NCBI GenBank assembly: GCA_036375035.1 | Contig: DASUSP010000122.1 | Coordinates: 1 to 29,413 of the forward strand | Length of the DNA: 29,413 bases | Direction: 5' to 3' | Source of the DNA: Candidatus Limnocylindria bacterium | GTDB taxonomy: Bacteria; Chloroflexota; Limnocylindria; QHBO01 | Part shown: piece by piece, positions 8,504-16,562 of the stretch | Position numbering within the stretch: the first letter of the stretch is position 1 | Layout of the letters: every line of letters begins with the position of its first letter | Notes under the pieces: generated by a model | What the model was told of the DNA's origin: nothing | Database searches by the model: none | Seen by the model: the letters and a program-made list of their open reading frames with translations, nothing else | Program-made: the position numbers and the translations under genes

Positions 8504-9973
8504 ATGGCCGTCCGACGCCTCTCTGCGTTCGAGTGCATGTACCTCGGCCTGGAGACCGCCGACTGGCCATGCCATTTCGGGGGCCTGGCGATCCTGGACG
8601 GGAATGCCCTGCTGGACACCAATGGCGATCTGCGGCTGAACGCGATCCGATCGGGCCTGGAACGTCGCCTGGCCCGGGCGCCGCAGCTGCGCCGTCGCCT
8701 CCACCGTCCAGGCTTCCTGCGGGGACGGCCACTCTGGGTGGACGATGAGCGATTCGCCATCGAGAACCACGTCCACGAAGCGGCGGTGACGCCGCCGGCC
8801 GGCGAGGAGGATCTACTCGCGACCGCCGCCCGCCTCTACGCCCCCGTCCTCGATCGCCGGCGCCCGTTGTGGGAGCTGTGGTTCATCACCGGGCTCGCCG
8901 ATGGGCGTGTGGCGGCGCTCCTGAAGCTCCACCACGCGATCGCAGACGGCATGGCGGCGGTCGCGGTGATGGGGGCGCTGTTCGATTCGGGCCCCGGCGC
9001 ACCCCAGCGTCCTGAGCCGGGGTGGACGCCCACCCCGCCTCCCTCCGGCTGGCTTCTGTTCATCGATACCCTCGCGAGCGTCGGGGGCAAGCTAGCGCGC
9101 ATCGGTTCGGCGCTGGTTCATCCGGGGCGGCTGGTTGCTGCGGCGCGGCTCATGACGAAGGTCGTCGGCCGCAGCATGGGCCGGCACGGCGCGCCAAGTA
9201 CGTCCCTGAACGGTCCCGTGCGGGCTGGGAGACGCATCGGCTATGTCCGGCTGGACCGCGCGCAGGCCAGGCGCGAGGCGCGGCGTCACCGTGGCACGGT
9301 CAACGACGTGGTGCTCTCGATCTGGTCCGGTGGGCTCCGTCGCCTCCTTCTCTCGCGCGGGGATCGCGTCGAAGGCGTGGAGCTGGCTGCCGGCCAGGCG
9401 GTGTCGTTGCGGCGGGCGAGCAGAGTCCGCGCGGTCGACAACCAGGTCGGCACCATCATCGTCCCGCTGCCGTTGTGGCAAACGGACGCCGACGATCGGC
9501 TCGCGGAGATCGTGCGGACCAGTCGCAGGCTGCGGATGCGGAGGCAGCTCCCCGCCGGCATCGCCGGAGCCATGACCGCCCTGCAGGCGACCCCGCTGGG
9601 ACGATGGCTGAACCTTCACCAGCGCGCGGCGAACGTCATCGTTACCAACGTGCCCGGGCCATCCGCCACCGTCCGGCTCCTGGGTGCACCCGTGCTCGAG
9701 ATCCTCCCGATCATCCAGCTCATCGGGAACATCGGGCTGACGCTGTGCGCCTTCTCGTACGCTGGCCACGTTGCCCTGGTGGTGAGCGCCGACGCGCGAG
9801 GCTTCCCCGATCTCGACGAGCTGATCGCAGGGATGGCCGAGGAGTGGAAGATGCTCAGCGACGGCGCGCGCGCTGCCTCGCCCACTGGCCGTGGTCAACC
9901 GGATCCGCAGGCTGTGGCCGGCGAGGGGGCGGCCAATCCGGCCGCAGTCTCCGCTCTGTGGTACGGGCCATGA
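8504..9973 (+). CDS. Wax ester synthase/diacylglycerol acyltransferase (WS/DGAT) family O-acyltransferase
   Basis: RRLSAFE, WVDD..F.IENHV, LDRRRPLWELWFI, catalytic HHAIADG, GTVNDVVL, TNVPGP. Start set at ATG 8504; the ORF-track extension upstream overlaps the aminotransferase. Confidence 0.9.
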   Translation: MAVRRLSAFECMYLGLETADWPCHFGGLAILDGNALLDTNGDLRLNAIRSGLERRLARAPQLRRRLHRPGFLRGRPLWVDDERFAIENHVHEAAVTPPAGEEDLLATAARLYAPVLDRRRPLWELWFITGLADGRVAALLKLHHAIADGMAAVAVMGALFDSGPGAPQRPEPGWTPTPPPSGWLLFIDTLASVGGKLARIGSALVHPGRLVAAARLMTKVVGRSMGRHGAPSTSLNGPVRAGRRIGYVRLDRAQARREARRHRGTVNDVVLSIWSGGLRRLLLSRGDRVEGVELAAGQAVSLRRASRVRAVDNQVGTIIVPLPLWQTDADDRLAEIVRTSRRLRMRRQLPAGIAGAMTALQATPLGRWLNLHQRAANVIVTNVPGPSATVRLLGAPVLEILPIIQLIGNIGLTLCAFSYAGHVALVVSADARGFPDLDELIAGMAEEWKMLSDGARAASPTGRGQPDPQAVAGEGAANPAAVSALWYGP

Positions 9974-11172
9974 CCGCCGCCGGACCGCGGCTTGTGAACG
10001 CCCGGCACGCGGCGCACGTTTCCCTGGAGCCCAGCAGCTCCGGGCGTGAGGCGGTTGAAGCCTACGCGGAGGAGATCCGACGTCGCCTGGGCTCCGATGT
10101 CTTCCTTGCTGCTCGCCTCGAGGGGCACTTGCTCCGCCGCCTGGGCGTCGATCCATCGACACTGAGCGCGGCCATCCTCGGCGGCTTGGCCGGCATCAGC
10201 TTCCGGCTGCTCGTCCCGCTTGGGGTGACTGCCGTGACCGGACGGTGGGTGGGGATCCGCTGGGAGGCGTGGGTGCTGATCGCGATCCTGCTTGGCTTTG
10301 CCGATGCTTGGTCCCTTCGGAGGCATGTCCCGATCGGTCTCGCGGGCGAACCGATGCGAGTGGAAGCCCGGCGCATGCTGCAGGACCTGACCGGTCTGGT
10401 TCCCAGGATCGAGCACCTGGCGGATCTGCGGCAGCTGGCTGCTTTCGTTCGGCGCTGGTACAACATCCGGGCGAGCGCAGCGGTCGCGGCGGCCGTCGCA
10501 TTCACGATCCTCCTGGCGTGCCTGGCGGTTGCTCCCAACAGCATGGCCGAGCTGCCGCTTGGCAGCGTGGCTCTGCTGGCTCTGCTGCTCTACGAGTTCG
10601 GCGAGCTGGCCTTTCAGAACCTATACAGCGTGCCGTTCATGACCCGCGAAGCGCGCTACGACCACGGGCTCTTCTGGCCGAGCCCAGTCGACTCGGTCGA
10701 GGTCCAGGGCGAGATGCGGGCGTGGGCCACGATGCAGTTCATGGTGGGAGTCGGGGTGACCTTCTCCCTCGTCCTCGCTGTGCTGCTGGTCGGCCCAGAG
10801 TCACCGCTTGTCCTGCCGCTGGCGGCCGGGTTCATCGGGTGGGGCTACGCCACCACATTCGCATCGATGGTCGCGGTGCGCGCCGGAGTCCGGACGATCG
10901 TTGCCAAGTCTCGCGAGCGCAACCTGGCCGCGCTGCAGAGCCGCATCGACGCCTACGGCCCGCCCTTCGCCGAACGGTCGCCGGCCGATGCTGCTCGGGT
11001 CGAGCATCTGATTGCGCTCCATCGGGCCATCCGGGAGGCGCCAGCCAGCCCGTCGGCATCGCGGACGCTCATCCACACGATGGTCGCGCTCGTCATTCCG
11101 ACGGCGATGTTCATCGTCTCGGTCTTTGGCGAGGTCATAGCAGAGCGATTGCTCGATGCGCTCCTGCCCTGA
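9970..11172 (+). CDS. Hypothetical multi-pass membrane protein (400 aa)
   Basis: ATGA overlap with the WS/DGAT stop; 6-7 hydrophobic segments; coding-like codon usage from 9970. The upstream part of the 716 aa track ORF is shadow sequence. Confidence 0.75.
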   Translation: MTAAGPRLVNARHAAHVSLEPSSSGREAVEAYAEEIRRRLGSDVFLAARLEGHLLRRLGVDPSTLSAAILGGLAGISFRLLVPLGVTAVTGRWVGIRWEAWVLIAILLGFADAWSLRRHVPIGLAGEPMRVEARRMLQDLTGLVPRIEHLADLRQLAAFVRRWYNIRASAAVAAAVAFTILLACLAVAPNSMAELPLGSVALLALLLYEFGELAFQNLYSVPFMTREARYDHGLFWPSPVDSVEVQGEMRAWATMQFMVGVGVTFSLVLAVLLVGPESPLVLPLAAGFIGWGYATTFASMVAVRAGVRTIVAKSRERNLAALQSRIDAYGPPFAERSPADAARVEHLIALHRAIREAPASPSASRTLIHTMVALVIPTAMFIVSVFGEVIAERLLDALLP

Positions 11173-11374
11173 TGAGACGGGCGCGGACGACAGGAGCAGC
11201 TCCGGGAGGGTGGCTGTTCGCGCGCCGCCACGCCCGACGCAATTTCTGTCGCGACACAAGGCGAATCGTGCACACCATCTCTCCGGCGAGCTCTGCAGCA
11301 ATCCGGCGCGCCTGTGACTGTCGTAGCGTTAGCGGCGTGGAGACCGTACCTGCCGTCGATCTCGTGAAGCGACC

Positions 11375-12826
11375 ATGCGACTGCTGATCGTCGGCGCCAG
11401 CGGCTACATCGGCGGGCGGCTTGCCGCCCGGCTGCAGGCGCAGGGCCATGACCTGGTGCTCACCAGCCGTGACGCGCGACCATTGGCGGAACGGTTCGAA
11501 GGGGCGCAGGTGGTGGCGGCCGACCTGCTGCAGCCGTCCACGCTGCCACCGGCGCTCGAGGGCGTGGACGTCGCTTACTACCTCGCCCATTCGATGGGCT
11601 CCGGTGAACGAGGCTTCGCCCAGCGCGATCAGCAGGCGGCCCGCAACTTTGCCCAAGCCGCCGCCAGGGCCGGGGTGCGTCGGATCATCTACCTGGGTGG
11701 GCTGGGCGACGAGGCCGATGACCTCTCGCCGCACCTCCTCAGCCGACACCTGACCGGCGCAGAGCTCGCGAACCACGGCGTGCCGGTGACCGAGTTTCGC
11801 GCCGCGATCATCATCGGTTCCGGCAGTGCCTCGTTCGAGATCCTGCGCTACCTGACCGAGCGCCTCCCGCTGATGATCACGCCCCGCTGGGTCAGCACCC
11901 GCTGTCAGCCGATCGCCATCCGCGACGTCCTCGACTACCTGACGAGCGCCCTCGACCACGCGGAGGTGGAGGGGATCGTCGAGATCGGCGGGCCGGACGT
12001 GCTGTCCTACGGGGAGATGATGCAGGGCTATGCGCGCGAGCGCGGCCTGCGCCGGGTGATGGTCCCGGTTCCGGTCCTCACTCCCCGCCTGAGCTCGTAC
12101 TGGGTCAGCCTCGTTTCACCGGTTCCCGCCGGGATCGCCCGACCGCTGATCGAGGGCCTGCGCAACGAGGTGGTGGTCCATCACCCGGAGCCGGCCGCAG
12201 CGTTCGGGCTCCATCCGCTGCCCTACGCCGAGGCCGTGCGGCGCGCCATCGAACGGACCGATAGCCACGACGTCGAGTCAACCTGGTTCGACTCGCTCGA
12301 TATGCCGGGGCGAGAGGATCTGCCGACGCTGACGAGCCGTGAGGGGATGCTGGTGGAGCGGCGCCAGCGGACCGTGGCCGCGTCACCGGAGCGAGTGTTC
12401 GCCGAGGTCGAGCGCCTGGGTGGTGCGTCCGGCTGGCCCTACGCAAACCCGCTGTGGCGCATCCGCGGCGCGGTCGATCGTTCGATCGGGGGCATCGGCA
12501 TGCGCCTGGGACGCCGCTCTCCGACGAACCTCAGGGTCGGCGACGCGCTCGACTTCTGGCGCGTGGAGGAGATCCGGCGCCCCAGCCTGCTCCGGCTGCG
12601 GGCCGAGATGAAGGTGCCGGGTCGCGCGTGGCTGCAGTACCAGGTCACACCCACGCCCGACGGAACCCGGCTGGTACAGACGGCCCTCTTCGAGCCGAAG
12701 GGGCTCCCCGGGCTCGCCTACTGGTACGGGCTGTACCCGGTCCATGGCCTCATCTTCCGCGGAATGGTGAAAGCCCTGGGCGATCGTGCAACGGCTGACG
12801 GGCAAGCGGTGGAGCACTCGCCATGA
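11375..12826 (+). CDS. YbjT-like atypical SDR / NAD-dependent epimerase with C-terminal DUF2867-like domain
   Basis: LIVGASGYIGG, AYYLAHSM, RIIYLGGLG, FRAAIIIGSGSASFEI, QPIAIRDV; C-terminal GDALDFWRVE, LRLRAEMKVPGRAWLQ, GLAYWYGLYPVH. Confidence 0.92.
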   Translation: MRLLIVGASGYIGGRLAARLQAQGHDLVLTSRDARPLAERFEGAQVVAADLLQPSTLPPALEGVDVAYYLAHSMGSGERGFAQRDQQAARNFAQAAARAGVRRIIYLGGLGDEADDLSPHLLSRHLTGAELANHGVPVTEFRAAIIIGSGSASFEILRYLTERLPLMITPRWVSTRCQPIAIRDVLDYLTSALDHAEVEGIVEIGGPDVLSYGEMMQGYARERGLRRVMVPVPVLTPRLSSYWVSLVSPVPAGIARPLIEGLRNEVVVHHPEPAAAFGLHPLPYAEAVRRAIERTDSHDVESTWFDSLDMPGREDLPTLTSREGMLVERRQRTVAASPERVFAEVERLGGASGWPYANPLWRIRGAVDRSIGGIGMRLGRRSPTNLRVGDALDFWRVEEIRRPSLLRLRAEMKVPGRAWLQYQVTPTPDGTRLVQTALFEPKGLPGLAYWYGLYPVHGLIFRGMVKALGDRATADGQAVEHSP

Positions 12827-12945
12827 AGGCAGTCATCGGCCACCACGGATCACCCTCGGCCGCGGGCGCCATCCGGATGGCCGCCTCCCTGCCGTAGCCC
12901 GATCCCAGTGAGCTGCAGGTGGTGCGGGTCGCTGCTTCGGCCCAG
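12823..12945 (+). pseudogene. Truncated universal stress protein paralogue with an in-frame TAG
   Basis: Reads MKAVIGHHGSPSAAGAIRMAASLP*PDPSELQVVRVAASA; about 105/123 nt identical by manual count to 24082-24204. Trp TGG is TAG at 12895-12897; homology is lost after about 41 codons. Confidence 0.85.
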
Positions 12946-13193
12946 AAACCGGCGGCGGACCTCACGCAGGCCCCCAGCGCCACCGCTGCAGCGAACAGTC
13001 CAACGCCGATTACGATCGGTGCCATCACCGTGTTCTTCTCGTACGGCAGCCGGATGGCCAACCTCACCGACATGCGACCGAACGACGAGTTCTACGCCCT
13101 CGGTCGCGCGAGGGGTGGACACCTCGCCGAGCCGTCGCTCTCGATCCACGCCGCCAGGCCAAGTCCCTCGATTGGCGGAGTACTCTGGGCGGG

Positions 13194-13706
13194 ATGGCAG
13201 CCCTGTTTCTGAGGACCCAGCACCTCGAGCTGCGCCCACTTACCCTCGATGATCTCGACGATCTGGCGGTGATGCTCGGTGATCGGGAGGCCCTGTCGGA
13301 CTGGGGAGAGCCGCTGGATCGCCGAGGGGCGCGCGAATGGATCGAGCGGAACCTCGCCCGCTACGAGGCGGACGGTTACGGCCGCTGCGCCGTGATCCTG
13401 CAGGGGACGGGCGAGTTGGTGGGTGACTGCGGCCTGATCAGCACGACAGTGGAAGGCAAGCGCGAGGTTGAGCTCGGGTGGATCGTCCGTCGTCCGTACT
13501 GGGGAAAGGGGATTGCCACCGAAGCGGCTGCCGCTTGGCGGGACTACGCGTTCGAAACCATCGGGCTGGAGCGGATCGTGTCGATGATCAGCCACGCGAA
13601 CATCGCATCCCGCCGCGTCGCGGAGAAGCTGGGGATGAAGGTCGAGCGGGAGGCTGTATGGGGAGAGCTGCCGCACCTGATGTACTCGCTCACCCGGGTG
13701 GTCTAA
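13194..13706 (+). CDS. GNAT N-acetyltransferase, RimJ/RimL family
   Basis: LRTQHLELRPLT, ELVGDCGL, VELGWIV, YWGKGIATEAA, NIASRRVAEKLGM. Confidence 0.9.
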   Translation: MAALFLRTQHLELRPLTLDDLDDLAVMLGDREALSDWGEPLDRRGAREWIERNLARYEADGYGRCAVILQGTGELVGDCGLISTTVEGKREVELGWIVRRPYWGKGIATEAAAAWRDYAFETIGLERIVSMISHANIASRRVAEKLGMKVEREAVWGELPHLMYSLTRVV

Positions 13707-13879
13707 GGGTCCGCCATTTGGTGGTTTGACGGCTGAGGAAACTCGATCCGGCCCGCGAGCCGCTTCGGCCCGCCAATGCGGCAATCCGCTGGCCATCTTG
13801 CGGGCCTTACGGATGACATGGGCCGGGGCGCCTCCAACAATCAGCGAGCCTGCCATCTTCAGAAGCGGGCACGGAGGGT

Positions 13880-14482
13880 ATGGAGATGAGACGGCTCTCA
13901 CTCGTCGTCACCGGCGCGCTGCTAGCGACGTTCTTGTTCGCATCCACGGCGGTCGCCGGGCCACCTGGCCCACCGAGCCGCGGCGTCATGGAACCCGCGT
14001 CGAATGGCTGCCCGTGGCCGGACTTCGCCAACGACTTTCTGGCTGCGGAAGGGGTCCTCAAGTGCCTCCCCGCACAGATCCCATGGAGTGCTTCCCAGGG
14101 ACCCGAGGGCCAGATTGACTACGGGGTCCGAATCGTGGCTGATCCGCTGATCGCGGTGGATGGCAGCGACGCGGAGGGGTGGTTCGTGTTCTGGTGCCAG
14201 TTCCGGGCGGGGCTGAAGTACCAGATCATCGTTACCGGGCTGGCCCCACATGCGACCTACGGGGTGCATGCCGAAGGCTTCGGCTTCGGTCCGGGCGGCG
14301 CCACGGCGGTCGCGTATCACCTTGGCACCATCAGGACCGACGCGAATGGCGGTGGGGTGCTCGGCGGCGTACTGCGGCTGGCGCCCGGCGGCTACGAGCT
14401 CGACGTCACGATCAGTGATGGTGCGGGCGCTCGGCTGAGCATCCCTGACGATGACCTCGTTGGATTCGCCGTGCTGCGCTGA
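13880..14482 (+). CDS. Hypothetical secreted protein
   Basis: Signal-peptide-like MRRLSLVVTGALLATFLFASTAVA, GGAGG upstream, Gly-rich beta-like mature part; no family recognised. Confidence 0.7.
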   Translation: MEMRRLSLVVTGALLATFLFASTAVAGPPGPPSRGVMEPASNGCPWPDFANDFLAAEGVLKCLPAQIPWSASQGPEGQIDYGVRIVADPLIAVDGSDAEGWFVFWCQFRAGLKYQIIVTGLAPHATYGVHAEGFGFGPGGATAVAYHLGTIRTDANGGGVLGGVLRLAPGGYELDVTISDGAGARLSIPDDDLVGFAVLR

Positions 14483-14488
14483 CTGCTC

Positions 14489-15883
14489 ATGCGGTCCCGG
14501 TTGGCCACCTTGCCCAGCGACGGTCCCGACGACGAGCACATTCTCCGGGATGGGTCGCGCGTGGCGGTCCTGGGCGGTGGACCGGCCGGATCGCTGTTCG
14601 CCTACTTCCTCCTGGACATGGCGTCTCGCCTCCACACGCAGGTGGAGGTGGATATCTATGAGCCGCGTGCCCTCGACCGCCCAGGCCCGGTCGGCTGCAA
14701 CATGTGCGGCGGAATCGTCTCCGAGACACTGGTTCAGAACCTGGCGATGGATGGCGTGCTCCTCTCGGACGACGTGGTGCAGCGCGCCATCGACTCCTAC
14801 GTGCTGCACACCGACGTCGGCAGCGTCCGTATTGCGACGCCGAGCGCGGAGGCGCGCATCGGCGCCCTGCATCGCGGCGGCGGACCGCGCGACGCGACCG
14901 CGGGTGGGTGGCGGTCATTCGACCATCTTCTCCTTACGAATGCGCGGGCGCTCGGCGCACGCGTGATCAAGGCCCGCATCGACGCGATCTCGCGCACCGA
15001 GGGAAGGCCCACGCTCCATCCGCGCGGCGGTGCAGCGCTCACCTACGATCTGGCGGTGGTGGCCACGGGCGTGAACACCTCGATCCTCAAGGCGTTCGAG
15101 GGCTGGGGCGTCGGCTACCGCCGGCCACAGCTCACCAAGACGCTCATCCGCGAGTACCTGCTTGGGAGCAATGCGATCGACGCCTCGCTGGGCTCGTCGA
15201 TGCACGTCTTCCTCTTGAACCTTCCGCGCCTGGAGTTCGCAGCCCTGATACCGAAGGGCGACTACGTCACCATGTGCCTGCTCGGCGAACGGATCGACAG
15301 CAGCCTGGCCGACGCCTTCGCCGATGCTCCTGAGGTCCGTCGGGTCATGCCCACCGGCTGGGATCCGGGCAGTCACACCTGTCAGTGCCTGCCGCACATC
15401 AACGTCCACGGAGTCGACAAGCCCTACGCGGACCGGGTCGTGTTCATCGGCGACAGCGGCGTCACTCGGCTCTACAAGGACGGCATCGGGGCCGCGTACC
15501 GGACGGCCAAGGCGGCGGCACGAACCGCTCTGTTCGAAGGCGTCTCCGAAGACGCCTTCCGCAGCAACTTCCTGCCGGTATGCCGCTCGATTCGCAGCGA
15601 CAACCGTGTCGGGCGGTATGCGTTCCTGCTCACCCGGGTGGCCAAGCGGGTGCGCCCGGTGCGCGGCGCGATCCTTGCGATGGTGCGCGAGGAACAGCGG
15701 AACGGGGGGCCGCGTCGGCTGAGCGACGTACTGTGGGACATCTTCTCCGGCAGCGCACCGTACAGCGACATCTTCCGACGGATGGTGCATCCGGCCCTGG
15801 TGGCAAGAGGCATTCGTGCCCTCCCGTCTGCGTTGTTGCCAGCCTCGAATCGTCGGCCACCTCACCACGAGGTGGTCCCATGA
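14489..15883 (+). CDS. FAD-dependent oxidoreductase, geranylgeranyl reductase/FixC-like
   Basis: RVAVLGGGPAG (FAD binding), GCNMCGGIVSE, AVVATG, ALIPKGD, VVFIGDSG and GIGAAYRTAKAAA. Confidence 0.85.
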   Translation: MRSRLATLPSDGPDDEHILRDGSRVAVLGGGPAGSLFAYFLLDMASRLHTQVEVDIYEPRALDRPGPVGCNMCGGIVSETLVQNLAMDGVLLSDDVVQRAIDSYVLHTDVGSVRIATPSAEARIGALHRGGGPRDATAGGWRSFDHLLLTNARALGARVIKARIDAISRTEGRPTLHPRGGAALTYDLAVVATGVNTSILKAFEGWGVGYRRPQLTKTLIREYLLGSNAIDASLGSSMHVFLLNLPRLEFAALIPKGDYVTMCLLGERIDSSLADAFADAPEVRRVMPTGWDPGSHTCQCLPHINVHGVDKPYADRVVFIGDSGVTRLYKDGIGAAYRTAKAAARTALFEGVSEDAFRSNFLPVCRSIRSDNRVGRYAFLLTRVAKRVRPVRGAILAMVREEQRNGGPRRLSDVLWDIFSGSAPYSDIFRRMVHPALVARGIRALPSALLPASNRRPPHHEVVP

Positions 15884-16275
15884 CACGGGCTGCACTCGGG
15901 CGGCTCTACACCGATGGCGAGGTCGTGATGCGCCAGGGCGATCCCGGCGACTGCCTTTTCGTCGTTCTGGACGGGACGGTTGAGATCGTCCTCGAACGCG
16001 ACGGCAGCGAGGTCCCACTGCGCCTGGCGGGCCGAAACGAGATCTTGGGGGAGATGGCAGTCTTCGACGGGGGACCCCGTTCCGCCACTGTTAGGGCAAA
16101 GGGTCCTGCCCGAATCCTGACCCTCGACAGGCGCAACTTCCTGCGGCGGATCAACGAGGACCCGTCGCTCGCCTTCACCATGATCGAAACGATGGCCGGG
16201 CGTGTCCGCGACCTCAGCCACGAGGTCGGCGAACTGCATGCGGTCCTGGAGAGCAGAGAGCAGCGGGACGCCTGA
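15880..16275 (+). CDS. Stand-alone cyclic nucleotide-binding domain protein
   Basis: 131 aa from ATG 15880 (ATGA overlap); GEVVMRQGDPGDCLFVVLDGTV, ILGEMAVFDGGPRSATVRA; no HTH. Confidence 0.9.
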   Translation: MTRAALGRLYTDGEVVMRQGDPGDCLFVVLDGTVEIVLERDGSEVPLRLAGRNEILGEMAVFDGGPRSATVRAKGPARILTLDRRNFLRRINEDPSLAFTMIETMAGRVRDLSHEVGELHAVLESREQRDA

Positions 16276-16280
16276 GGACG

Positions 16281-16412
16281 GATGTCCTCGTCCGGCTCGA
16301 CGACGGCCAGGCTGGTGTCGTCGAGGCGCTCGGCCAGCCAGGCCGTGGTGACCAGCTTCTCGAGATGGGCACCCTGGGACAACTTCGGATCGCGATCAAT
16401 CGGGGGCGGCAT
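16281..16412 (-). pseudogene. N-terminal remnant (44 codons) of a rhodanese/SseA paralogue
   Basis: [44 protein letters not shown] versus the N-terminus of 5978-6868 (30/44 identical by manual count); homology stops 5 nt from the convergent cNMP gene stop. Confidence 0.85.
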
Positions 16413-16503
16413 GGCGCGCGTCTTCGCAGGCACCCGGTGGACGCGAACGTGACGGTTCAGGACTGGAGAGCGGCCCCCAAGGCAAGGGTGTACCGAACGG
16501 CCC

Positions 16504-16532
16504 TTCACGCCCGGCGCAGCGCGGGCTAATGT
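16504..16532 (+). promoter_or_regulatory. Candidate sigma70-type promoter for the acyl-CoA ligase
   Basis: TTCACG-17 nt-TAATGT, ending 30 nt upstream of ATG 16563. Confidence 0.45.
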
Positions 16533-16562
16533 CGCCCGATCGGAGGCACGAGGGATACGCGC

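Noticed and set aside
12895-12897. In-frame TAG in the USP-like reading frame as a possible pyrrolysine or readthrough site
   Set aside because: It aligns to a Trp TGG in the intact paralogue (one transition), homology ends soon after, and no pyl machinery is in view.
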